Shown here: positions 1 through 12,900 of the stretch, piece after piece
How the letters are laid out: each line of letters starts with the position of its first letter
How positions within the stretch are numbered: position 1 is the first letter of the stretch
Assembly: GCA_044892525.1 (NCBI GenBank)
Contig: CM097887.1
Span: forward strand, 89,568,397-89,632,396
Origin: Schmidtea polychroa
Lineage: Eukaryota
DNA: 64,000 nucleotides
Direction: 5' to 3'
Program-made: the position numbers and the translations under genes
The notes under the pieces: model-generated
Told to the model about the DNA's origin: nothing
The model's input: the letters and a program-made list of their open reading frames with translations, nothing else
Databases searched by the model: none

Positions 1-545
1 TTTGAAATCAATCAATCTACATGCAGACTCATTTCTTTCACTTTATTTACCATTCTTTCGTTAAACCCACCTGGTTGAGCAAAGGCTACATTGTCTGTTT
101 GTGATTTATCATTTTAGAATCTAATTGATTTCATCAGTATGAGCTTTTGAAATTTATTACTATTCTTGGAACACGATCTAGCCATGTATCCACAACCTTT
201 GCAGGAATGACACTGAACTTGTTCTTGGAGGTCCATTCTATCTTTTTTTATGATGGTGACGTTTGATGGAGATCTCGATATATCAAGACAGTTTCTTGAA
301 ACTGCACTTTTCTTCCGCAGTTATACAATTGTACATTATCATTAGTTCACCTATCATTGGTATTTGTTCTATTGAAACCTCGATCATCATTACCTTTAAG
401 CTAACCCAGTCACATTTTCTTTGGGTATCTTTGTGAGCTGTTTTTAATCCAACATTGATTACTAAGGTGTCCCTTCTTCTGTGGATATCTATTTGAAAAA
501 AAACAAGTATGGATAACTTGTTTAGTTCGACTTTTGATTTCAAAA
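1..545 (-). mobile_element. Decayed LTR retrotransposon gag/protease fragment
   Basis: The minus strand reads VQCHSCKGCGYMARSC (degenerate CCHC zinc knuckle) among stop codons. Confidence 0.5.
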
Positions 546-2209
546 TGCCATAATATACCCAAATGCCTGATATAGTGCTATGAATGATGTTCTGAAATCT
601 TAAAATACAAAATTTTCCAAATATATTTAAACAGTAATTCTCTCCAGAATCCTGATTAGAAGAAAAACAATGGATGAATAAAGTTTAGTTTTTGGTCACT
701 GACCAAACCTCGTCGCGTTAAAAGAACTTACCTGATTCTTCGAAGCAGATTTTATTGAAATAAAATTTGATTTAATCTATCACTTTTCCGATCACAACTT
801 ATTTGATTTAGTGTTGACTGAAGTGAAAAAAACATTATCAGAATTACTCATAGCAAAAGATAAAAAATAAAATGTGAAATTTTATTTAATCAACATTAAT
901 CAACGACATAAAATTTGAATTTAAAAAAAAGGTTCAGGAATAAATCAGACGGGGGGAAAGGTCATGGGTTATAAGTAATTTATCAGAATACGTTTAGAAA
1001 AGGTCGAACAGCAAGGGAATGAAATAAAACTGGAAATCGGTAATTAATTAATTAAGGAAAATTCGAGTTTGATAAACGACGAAAAAAATGCAAAAAACGG
1101 GAAATCCAAAAACCATTAACAAGACAATATGATTAACGGGAAGACATCGAAAAAGATTATTATAGAGAAGATGCGATAATTACGATAGTGTAATTAATTA
1201 TATTGCTATACGAAGAAAGCATGAAAGAAAGCCGCAGAGGAAGGACTGTCAAACAGAGTCTATCATTTGAGAATCATCAAAAGAATAGTTATACCACTAT
1301 AAAATGCAAGTCGAAATAGAAACCACTGACATATACTTCAGATAGGGGCGAAGAAATCGAGAATGGGATTTAGGGAGATATATCGAATTTTTGTTAGTAG
1401 GACAAACGAAGGATTGGAAAAAGTAAATAGACCAATTACGGTCGAATCAGGATCAAATTATTGAATGTGACTATTGTATTAAAGTGCAAGGAATCCAACA
1501 GTCACAACGGGACTCTTCAAGTAGTCATAACATATATATTATTTCTTGCTATAACAATTTGGGTATGTAATTTGTGATATATATACAAATATACTTTGGA
1601 AGTGTTGAGTCTAATTTTTTAGAACACGAGGAGTCATAATCACCCATTAGTATTAACTATTCAATTAAAACCCAACATTATTTTAATTTTCCAAGTTTAA
1701 GTTTAACTAAAGATCAGTTTTGTTTTAATAATAAAATATTGGGGAAATTTTTTTAATTATTATTATATTATTATAAAAATAAGCGTTTATTCGTTCTAAC
1801 TGACCAAAATCCATATTTAAAAATAATTCGATTAGTTTAAAATTGTGGGGTCAATATTCAGTGGCTTCAATAAAAAAATAGATGATTTTCTTTAATATGT
1901 TTTATATATTTTTGTTCAAATATATTGGAATTATTTAATTTGTTTTAATCTATTCAAAATAAATCCTTTCATAAAAACTAAAGAAAATATTTTATTTTAA
2001 AATATTTTTGAAAAATTAAATATATCGAGCAATAAAATGTTTTTTTTCATCTTCTTAATAAAACATTAAATATTTCAATATCTTGGAGTTAATTCCTTGA
2101 AAGAAATGGGATTTTTCCAATCTTGTGCTTCCTCTAAAAATTATTGATTTAAGTTAATTGTTTTAAATTTATTATATATCATATAAAAATAAAATAAAAT
2201 GACTTTCCT

Positions 2210-2460
2210 TTAACCCTTTCGCTGCTCCGCACGTATATATATATTATCGCAAAAAAAACCGTCCCACATACGCTCCAAACGAGTATATTCGCATATTGTT
2301 TCAAAATAGTTTATTGCTCCGGTGAAAATATTTTGAAGCCAGCCTCCATTTTAGATTATAATAAAAACATGGGGTCTGTTGATAGAAGTGATATGATGCT
2401 AAGCTCTACGGAAACTGTTACGGGCACGTAATTTCAAAAAGCAATGCGCACTATTTTTTT
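2210..2460 (+). mobile_element. piggyBac-type relic (TTAA-CCC end plus transposase fragment)
   Basis: ttaaccctttcg at about 2210. ILDYNKNMGSVDRSDMMLSSTETV at about 2348-2420 matches the piggyBac YNxxMGxVD motif. Confidence 0.65.
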
Positions 2461-3684
2461 TTCTCAAATCGAGTTATTTTGACTAACCAGATATTATATT
2501 AGCAATATAAATAACATGAAAATTGTTGCAAAAAAGGGTAACTTCTACGAACTTGTTAACGTGTTAGAGTGGGGTGAAAGATGGGTGAATTTATATCCCG
2601 ACTGTAAAATAAATCTAAAATGTTGATGTTTTTTTAATTTTCTCGTGAGTCATATTGTCCCAATACGATTTAAAGGGTTTATCATGCATAGAGCAAAATA
2701 CAAGTTTTATATAAATGAACCACCAGATATCAAGGGAAACTGAATCAACAACCTCACATTTAATAAAATGGTTTTCGAAAAATTTCGTGGAGCATTCGGA
2801 AAAAAGAGTGAGATTGTTAATAGGACAAAGTACATATGAGGAAAACATAAAAAAGTAATTTGCATTTGATAACGTATATTACCAAATAGTATCACTACAC
2901 CTAATAGTATCATTAATACTATATTTAGTGATACTATTTAAATAATATCACCATATTAAAACATTGTATATGGAGTGTATATGGAGTGGAGTTCTGTAAG
3001 GCGTGGATTTCTTCAAACACCGAATCCCGATTAAATAACGAGTCTATACTTGATGAAAATGATTATTATGAGGACGTTGAGTATTTGGATGATGATGATG
3101 AATAAATTTTTGATAATTATCTAAACTTATTTTTTATTAAAATGACCAAAGCACTGAATAATATCACTATACTAACTCTAATATCTAATATATTTTTTTT
3201 GGTGATATTATTTTTATAGTATCACTGATACTATTCGGTGATATCCGTTATATCAACAAAGACAGGCAACCGGACAAATATTTTATTGACAGTAATAGCA
3301 AGGAATGCAACTGATACAAGTAAATTTTGACTTTTTGAAAAGGGTCCTTTAATGATTCATTCACGAAGAAGTAGTACAGTATCGATATGCCCATTTAAGA
3401 ACAAAACCTGTTTGTTGGCTTCCAAAATGGGATTATATTTCTCAATTTGCAATTGTTGTTTTAAACAAATTTAAAACAATCAATTAAAAGTTAGCAATCC
3501 CTGAAAGATTATTCTTAGAATTAGTGTTAAAAAAAACTCAGAGGAGTAATTCATTAAATTATTTAAAAGAATCAACGACCAGATGAAGAAGGGCTAAATA
3601 TCACCAATCAAAATGCCACGACGAATACATTCTCTAAATGAATAGCAGTGCACCATATGCTAACATTTCAAATAATCTGTAAAG

Positions 3685-3943
3685 CAGTGTTTCCAAACCT
3701 TTTTGGATCGCGGCGCACCAAACATTTTCAAGAAATTATGAAGAAGGAAACTTTTTATTTTTACATATTTTTTCAGTTGAGAATTGAAGTAGGATCTATT
3801 ACTTTGATTTAAATTCTCATTAAGTCAACGGCGATATGATGTAACTTTTAAGTAATTAATAATAAGTAATTAAATAATTAATAAACCCTAGCAATTTTGA
3901 ATATTTTTCAAAAATCTCGTAGCACATAGGTTGGGAAACCCTG
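3685..3943. mobile_element. hAT-Charlie-type MITE
   Basis: TIRs cagtgtttccaaacct / aggttgggaaaccctg, with a near-perfect 8-bp TSD ctgtaaag/ctttaaag. Confidence 0.8.
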
Positions 3944-3975
3944 CTTTAAAGAGTAGCTTCTTTTAAGTAAAAATA

Positions 3976-6900
3976 TTAAAGAAGTATGGTGAAAGTTAGG
4001 ATCAGATTATCATAATGACCTATTTCTGTAAATATAAAATTACAAAAACAACTAACCATCAACATCCCATTTAGAAGTAGGAATTGTATCATTGGGGTCC
4101 TGATTGTAGTTAATTTTCCAGAGACCTTTCGACAAGTAACAACGAACAATTTTTCCATCGTATTTTTCTTTCTCATATGAGGTTAAATACTTGATTTTTG
4201 TAAATGGCATAGAGGCTCCGTAAGCATACAGCAAACCAATCCATTTTTTATTTTTTCTGTTGTATAAATTATTGCTAAAAATACACATAAATAAATTAAC
4301 TGATTAATAACTGCCTTAAGTTTAAATTTGATATATCTGTAAAATGTAGGCATCCAAATATAAATGGTTGCTCTACCGAGAAATGTGTATGAAAAACTTC
4401 TATATGGATAGAATATTAATCCCGTCATTTCGTGTGGGATAGTTTTCTTAAGTTCAATCCAGGTCTATAAAATCTCAATGTTAATATTTAAAAAAATAAT
4501 TAATAAACAATTATAAATCTATTTAACACTAGATTTACGGGTAAAATAGCCGCAAAAATAGGTATACCTAATTCGATAAACGAAATGAAGGAGCGGGTAG
4601 AAACGAGTAATTAATATTTACCTATATTTCATGACATATCTAAAAACCAACATATGTATTCAAAAAATAATAAATCAGTATTATATATATGTAGCAATAG
4701 AATTTAATTGATATGAAATTTGAAACCCGTCAAATTGACGGGTTTCGTAAATCTAGTGTTAAAATAGTTACAAAATTCTAAATTTAAAAAATTTCAATAT
4801 TAGGGATCGAGTTTTATCATCTGGAGGAAAGTGAAAATTATCTACTGAAAAGAATAAAAAATCTTCACTTTCTCTAAATCGAACAAAGTTGCTTGATTAT
4901 CGGTTAAATTGATTATTGGTGGATTGATTATTGGTTATTTGGTTGATTTATTATTGGTTAGTTGGTTATTTGTTAGTTGATTATCGGTTAATTGATTATT
5001 GGTTAGTTGATTATTGGTTGATTGATTATTGGTTAGTTGGTTATTTGTTAGTTGGTTATCGGTTAATTGATTATTGGTTGATTGATTATTGGTTATTTGG
5101 TTGATTGATTATTGGTTGATTGATTATTGGTTAGTTGGTTATTTGTTAGTTGGTTATTGGTTAATTGATTATTTGATTGTATGGAATTTACTAGTTTGTT
5201 TAATAAGTGAAATCATGAAGAACAGTAGATGGATGGGGTACCCCTAGAGCAAGACTCCAATGGATAGTACCCCCTCCCGCCCTGGAGAAATTTTTTTAAA
5301 TATAGGTCAGGGTCAAATATGTAGGTCATTAGAATTTATTGAACGAATTTTTACAGAACTTGGACAGTTCACCATTATCATAACAAGTAGACATTGCACG
5401 TCTATCAGTCAAAAATTCAAATATCCTTATATGATTTGCAATATGTAAAATTCTTTCTTCCAGACTGACCAATGCCTATTCGGCGAGAACGATAAAAAAC
5501 TGTTGTTTCAGCTTCAATTTTCCATCTGCATGTTCATAGTCGACTGTGTTTTGGTGTGCCTGACACGTTTACTTTCAATCTCTATGGGAACGTGCATAGC
5601 TTCTGCAATTTCCTTAGCATCTCTTTCAGCATCTTAACTCCCAACGTGTGTTAGCCAAAGGTTTCAAAGTAGAATTTTTTAGGTGTCTTTTCAGGATATC
5701 CTAACGTTGAACAGAAGATGTGAATATCGTGTATAATTGTTACAGCGTTCCGAAGAAGGAAAGAGACTCCAGTAAAGATTTGGCAACGTCACAGACAATA
5801 AGGTTGATTGAATGGGTGACACCAGGATTAAAAAGGGCTTTTCTGTTCAACTTCAGCAGCCATGCTTGTATTTCGGAACAATTTTCCCTCATATTGGCTC
5901 CATTATCGCAACACTGAGCTCGAATATCTTTAAGGGACAATTGCAATGAGTTTGTTAGATTGTGGTAAATGCTTGAATAAATCCCTGCCCAGTAGTATCC
6001 TTCACACTCAGTAATCCTGTAAAATGCTGATTAACATAACATAGCGTTTGCATTCCATATGTCTCAGGAATACAGAAAGCTACTCTTGATGGCTTGTATC
6101 TGGTGTACAATTCATTATTACCGCAATGTACTTCGATTTTTTTAACTTATCAGAGATAACTGTTATGACTCTGTATAACTTTGCAAACATGAAAATTTAT
6201 GAACGATGCAAATTGAGATATTGGTGTATAATAAGGTGACCAGACATCCCGCTTTTGGCGGGACAGTCCCGATTTTTCACGATTTATCCCGCGTCAAAAT
6301 GAATAAAAAATATGTCAAGGAATGAAATATTATACAATTTTTTATATTTATAAATTGTACTTATGTAAAAATCAAAAAATATTACCATATTATTTATATT
6401 CTATTTGAACATTTTTGTTGATACCCCCTTCCTTCAAAGTTGTCCCGCTTTGCCCATCTAAAAATTTGGTCACCTTAGTGTATAAGCAAATTATGTAAAT
6501 TAGTATTGTATTTATTTAGTAAAATTAGAAATAAATATAACATAATATTGAAAGACGGCAAAAAGGTGGAAATAATTCAATACGAATTCAATAAAATTCT
6601 AGTATTATGTATTATAGTGGGCGTCGTTTCACCTGGGACAAACCATTTTTAGCATCATTCCCATATGTTCCCTATTTTTGTCAGCTTATTTGATAATTGA
6701 ACAATTTTCTAATTTTTTTAATACAAATCTATATTTTTCAAGCTAATCGAAATAAAATCAATCATGTTTCAAATGTGGATCCCACGCTGCACTGATGGCA
6801 ATTTAAAAATGACCCTGCCTAGATTTAAAAAAAAACCCAACCAAATATTCTGATCTAACAGTTAAATTTTGAATAATTCAGAAGACTATTATATTTATTA

Positions 6901-9900
6901 GAGTTTGAAGACTATAAATCAGTAATATATCGATGTTTGTTGATACTCACGAATTTTCGGCACTGTCTTTTTCAAGTGAATTCACTTAAAAAAAGCAATA
7001 CCGAAAATTCGTGAGTATCAACAAACATCGATATATTACTTATTTATAGTCTTCAAACTCTAATAAATTCAATGGAAAAAATATTTTGTGGTGAAATTGG
7101 AAGAAATAAAAGGTCTTATAATAAGACTATTATATGTTTTGAAAATTTACTTTTTACTTGCAATATCCTAATGATTTCTCCCTAAAATCTAAGACCTATG
7201 TCCTGAAAAAGTTGTTATATGATCTTCATTCAGTGAATAATTTAGTTTATGAATATTAAAAATTATGTATATGTTACATGGGAGCATTATAATTTTAAAA
7301 AGGCTTAGGTGGAGCATGACAAAAAAAATGATAGAGAAACACTATTATACAACATGGTAACACATAAGTTCATAAAGAAGAGTTTAGAATTTGATATGAC
7401 CAAAATGGAATGACGCACACTGTAAATAAAGAAAATAAAACTTTACCTTAAAAAGATCGTTGCTTTCAGATATTGTTTTCATCATAATATCAAACGGTCC
7501 ACGAGGAATTTGTGAGTCTATTTTTTCCTTCCTAACATCCATAATAAATTCCTGAATCATATCTAATCGTCTTGAATAGGACTCTTGATATATACGAGAC
7601 CCGCTAAGGGCATAAATATCTGATATTAAAAATACATAATATTTTTTGGAAGCGATAGTTTCAGCAACCAATTCCTAAAAATATTTTTCATAAAAATAAT
7701 GAAAGAAAAACTAATATTACATTTATATTAACTTATTACTGGTGACCGTCAAAATGTCTGCGTTAAAACGGGGTTTGTATATTATTATATAAAATTATTA
7801 GAAAAAACAATTATTTCAGTCATTAATAAATGTGGTTATAAAGACATCACATACAGTGGTTATAGGCATACAAAATATACAATTAAAAAATGTTACTGTT
7901 ACTTTTCATTATATTATATCAGAATAAATCGTATCATAGGTTGTTATAACATGATATTAAATGCAAGTATCTAATATATAAAGATGAAAGTTTGTTTGTT
8001 TGTTACCCATAAAATTCCCCACCGTTAGACCTAGGGTACTGAAATTGTGCATGTGACAATCATTTGACTCGGGACAGGTCATAGGCTATTAATGATCAGC
8101 AAGATATCCTATTAATGAGTGACCAACATATTTTTGAAATAAATTAACAAACACAATCTCTGATCCAATCATATTGTAACAGAAATCATATTTTTCAAAT
8201 TAATTATTTTTTTTATTAATTTTTTGACAACTTTACAATCACCTGTACCTCATGTTCTTTCCGGTATATTTGCCAATTTTAAAAGTCACTCGTGGATTTT
8301 ATCCTCTTTTAGATAACGTGTAAAAATTACTAATTGAACAGACAACTTAATATCATTTTTTTCATTTATGCAAATTGAGAAAGTCACAACTATTAATATC
8401 CATGTGAAGTTGATCTAAAATATTTACACTCATTTTTGAAATCCTTTCTTTCTGCTTAGCTGCAATTCTTGAATTCTTTGTAAAATTGTATTTGTATTGT
8501 TAAAATCTTGAAACAAACTGGAATGGAAGAAGCTTTTAACATAACCGCTTTTAAGAATAATCCACCAAAAAATGGTTTTTTGATTGTTTGACCATCAATT
8601 GTGATATTTCAAAACTGGCCTCAGTTACATTGCTTGAAATTTTTACGAATTAGAATAATAAGTTTGATTGATTCCCAGTAGTCTTTAACCGCCGAGAAAT
8701 TATTATTTCCTTTCAGTTATATTTTTATCAGCAATTTCCTTATGATTAGTTTCAAAATGTCTCTTAATAAAAGATTTCCGACATGCAATTATTCCAGATC
8801 ACAAACCACGACTTTTATCTTTATATTTATTAAAGCCATAATCAAGAGTCAACGATGGTAAAAAACTTCGCACATCCTGTAATTTTTATTTTTTCTTTGG
8901 TAACATTTCAATGGAGCAAATATTTTATAAAATAACAAAATCAATATTGACTTTTTTACATTTGCATTTCTCGATGTTGATCTTTACTAAGTGCCAGTGT
9001 TAGGCATTTATCACCTAATTTCTGATAAATTTCAGAATTTTTATTTTACAAAATATAAATATATAAATTCATGTCGATGAACTTAATATAATTGCTAGTT
9101 TGAACAATGTTTAAACTAACATATTTAAACAAGTGAATTAATCTTTAAATTATTAAAATATTAGAAATTAGAAAGAATTAAAATTGGAATATTATTAGAG
9201 ATATTTTTATAAGTAACTGTTTTTAGGATGAAATTAAAGATATTTTTTTCAGAAACTAAACACATGACTAAAAATTTTGTATGTGATAATGGTTTATTGA
9301 TATGCCCGTCTTTCCATCTTTCTGTACATTTTTTATTCAAATTCGGTTTTATCCATACTGGGTCACCAGCAGAATATTTTTCATCGATTATTATCTTTTT
9401 TTTTGTAGCTTGGCAGATTCAGTTTTCGATTATATCTAAATATGGCTCTAGATGGACATATATTATTGTTGTTTGGCGTATTATTGTACACAGCTTCTTT
9501 GATCGTTCCTGAGGACCTAGCTACTAGCGATTTGATTGTCCGAAGGCTGCGTTCAATGATCCCGTTTCCCGCTGGGAGGTTCACTGTTCTAAATAACAAC
9601 TCAACATTCCATTTATCTGCTAATTCTTGAAATGTTCTAGATCTAAAAGACATGAAATTATTTAATAATATTTCACTTGGAGCTCCTCTTTCATATAGCA
9701 CTTCATTTAAGGCATTTTATATCTCTTCTACCTTTTCTTTCTTAATTTTCTTCCAGATTGCATCTCGATGGCCTACAATAAATAATTGTCAAATATTTAT
9801 CTTTAGCGAATTTAGCTACATCAATTGCTAAACGGCACCAATTTTCATCACAGCTTAGTTCACCTTTTTCCCGTGTCACTGGCGCTGGGTCAATTGATAG

Positions 9901-12900
9901 GCATTGATTACAACTTGCAATTATTTCCGAGATCTCATTATCCACATTTAGTAGCCCCGCGTCCAATGCTAAGAACATGGCAATTCTTGTGAATTTCAAA
10001 TAACACATCTTTCGAGATTTTTGATTGCCTATTGCTGCGACTTTTTTAATAATCATCCAGTTGGCTGGTACTCTCGTTAATACATCAGCCTTGTTATTAT
10101 CTGCAGATACAAACTCAATATTCACTTTAAGTTCATACTCAATCGCTAGATCTTTTAAAAGTTCCAGCATCCGTCGTATCAACAACTCTGAATTTGCTTT
10201 TGTATGTATTTTTCTGTCGCTCTATAATATGCTGTTAACCCAACACACAACTGATTTACTATCGGATTTAATTTTGATAGACTTAAGATTCCATAAATTA
10301 ATACCCTTCACAATCGCTTCTAATTCCACTAAATTAATGTGTCTTGAATCATCAGGTTTTCGCAAACAACACGCATCTTCAACCAGTGAACCTTCCATTT
10401 CTAATACAATTCCAATAGCGATGGCACCAAATTATACCTGTCTGATTGCTGGGAACACTCCAAATACCTGACGATGGATCTCTTTCATTCACTTTTTTTT
10501 AACTTTAGGTTCATCTACGAATATATCGTCTATGTATGAACTTGTGCTATTGATTAATTCATTGTTCGTCAATACTTTATTCACAATCTCTGTCATCATC
10601 GTTGGTGCGATATTCAATCCAAATCGCATTCTCATAAGCACATATCTCTTCCCATTAACCATACAAGATTGGTATCGCCGACATGCTTTTATCCACATTT
10701 GCATATATGCATCAGATAAATCTAACATTGCAAATTCTTTACTAAAACATCTCCATGATCGTAATTTTTCAGAGCAGATTTCTGCATCCCCACTATATAC
10801 ATCAATATATTTATTGATACTCCTAAAGTCGAATACTGGACGCAGTTTCACTTTATTTGACTGAATTATACCATAAATAGGTACTGATCCGATCGGTTTG
10901 CTCATTGTTTTCTCGTAGTAATGAACTAGATAGCTCTTAGATATCCAAGAATTCAATATACGCATCATCTCCTGATCTTTACTACAATTATCATAAAAGT
11001 TCGAATTTATATTAGGTAGAAATTTCGGCGGCTCTGACTTCTAATCCCATTTGACAATCCATTTCTCGTTTTCAAATCTCGCAGAGAAATTTTCCTTCAA
11101 TATTTCTGACATACTACTACTAGAGCACGCTACATGACAAGGTGCTTCTTCGCTGCCGAATGTGGATTCTTTATTCAATCGAACTCCACCAAACCTATTA
11201 ATAAAATTCACTCCTAAAATTACATCATAATTGGATACTAATTTCGCGTATATTAAACAGTCAATATTAAATAACTTATCTCCAACCAATATATCAACTT
11301 TACTTCTATCAGCATATATTATTGAACCATCAAGTCGCAGTCATAGATTTTGTGGATTTCCTTTTACTATATTGGTAGTGCTTCCCAAATTAACTAAACA
11401 TGGTTTTACATCACCATTTACTAGGAGTCTCATATATTCACAATTCTTGGGCCACACTCGACTCCAACTTTCCCGACTTGCAAAACCTTGAAATATGTCC
11501 CATAATACCGCATTTTGTACAACTTACGTTGCGTCTTTCTGGACAGTATCTTACCACATGATTATCAGTATTGCATATATAGCATTTTTGATTGGCTTTC
11601 CTTCCACTATCTGATCTTGGTACAACTACTGCAACAGTTCCATTGTCATAAAATTGATGACTTGCGATTTTCTTTGCTTGAGCGACTAACTCATTCATCG
11701 TTGACGCTGTTGACATCTTTAGTCAATTTGACAAATGACTTGGTAAGCTATTTACAAAAAATCGGGTTAGTAGATCACCTAAACATTCCAACAGTGACCT
11801 TATTTTATTTACATGAACATCCAATTTATCACCCATTAAAAACTTTTTCTGTAAATGTTTTGTAAAGGCTTCTTGCTCGCTTATATCGAAAGTTTTTCCT
11901 TCTTCAGCATTCCGAAATCCATTGTCGTGTTGCTTTTCTTTAACTGTTTAAAGACTGCATACGATTGCCTTTCAAGTAAAAATGACATTACACTCATGAC
12001 ATTTTTCACATTCTTGGCTTCCAAAATAATTTCGAGTTTCTCCAACCATTCTTCCACATCTGTATTTTTGCCATCGAATTTTCCAACATTTTCAATTATA
12101 ATCTTGTTGATTTCCATTGCCCGGATAGCTTAAGACTAAACACGTTTTTTGAAATTCTATTTTACAACATTTTTATAATATTTAAACAACATTAATTGTT
12201 TGATATTACATTATTCCTACAACTATTTTTTATCTTAATTTAACTTTAAGTTTAAAATTTAATTTTATAATAATATTTCACAAATTATTATCACTTACCC
12301 CGTCAATAATAGTATCAATTAAAAATTTCCCTTTATGGTGAGGATGAGGAAAATTAAGATTTTCCACTTTAAAATACCTATTTTGTTCATCAATCATGTA
12401 TACGTGATTTTCATTTACGATAAACATTAAATATCGTTTCCCATTTGTTCTCCAGGTATGGTAGTATTGATTCGACATGAAATGTTTGTAAACTTTCCTT
12501 GTCACTAGTTTATATTTATGTCCAACAAATCCGTGCCTATTCAAAATTAAATTGTAAGAACAAAAACAATCATTTATGGGAAAAATATTAAAAGTATGAT
12601 GAAAAAATAATATGAAAAGTCTATCATTAATTAAAATTTTATATAAAAATATAGTAATTAAATATATCTAAATTAATTTTTTCAATGAAAATTTATCCTA
12701 ACCACTTAAGCATCTTGAACCAGACCATCTCGCTCGACTTATGTATTTCATTATGCACTTAGACGAGTAACTCACGCCGAAATATGTTCTGATTTTATCT
12801 CGAGCAAGAATTTAGAATTCAATGGGTTTAATTGCACGAAGTGTGCTTCAGGCGTGTTCGTTCACGCTTCTTTCGTTATTACTGTATATTTTCACGTAGT

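Noticed and set aside
4275-4300. A 26-nt intron in paralog A
   Set aside because: The downstream acceptor gives a 44-nt intron (4257-4300) that matches local intron sizes and aligns exactly with paralog B (KNKKWIG vs IVPKFVG).
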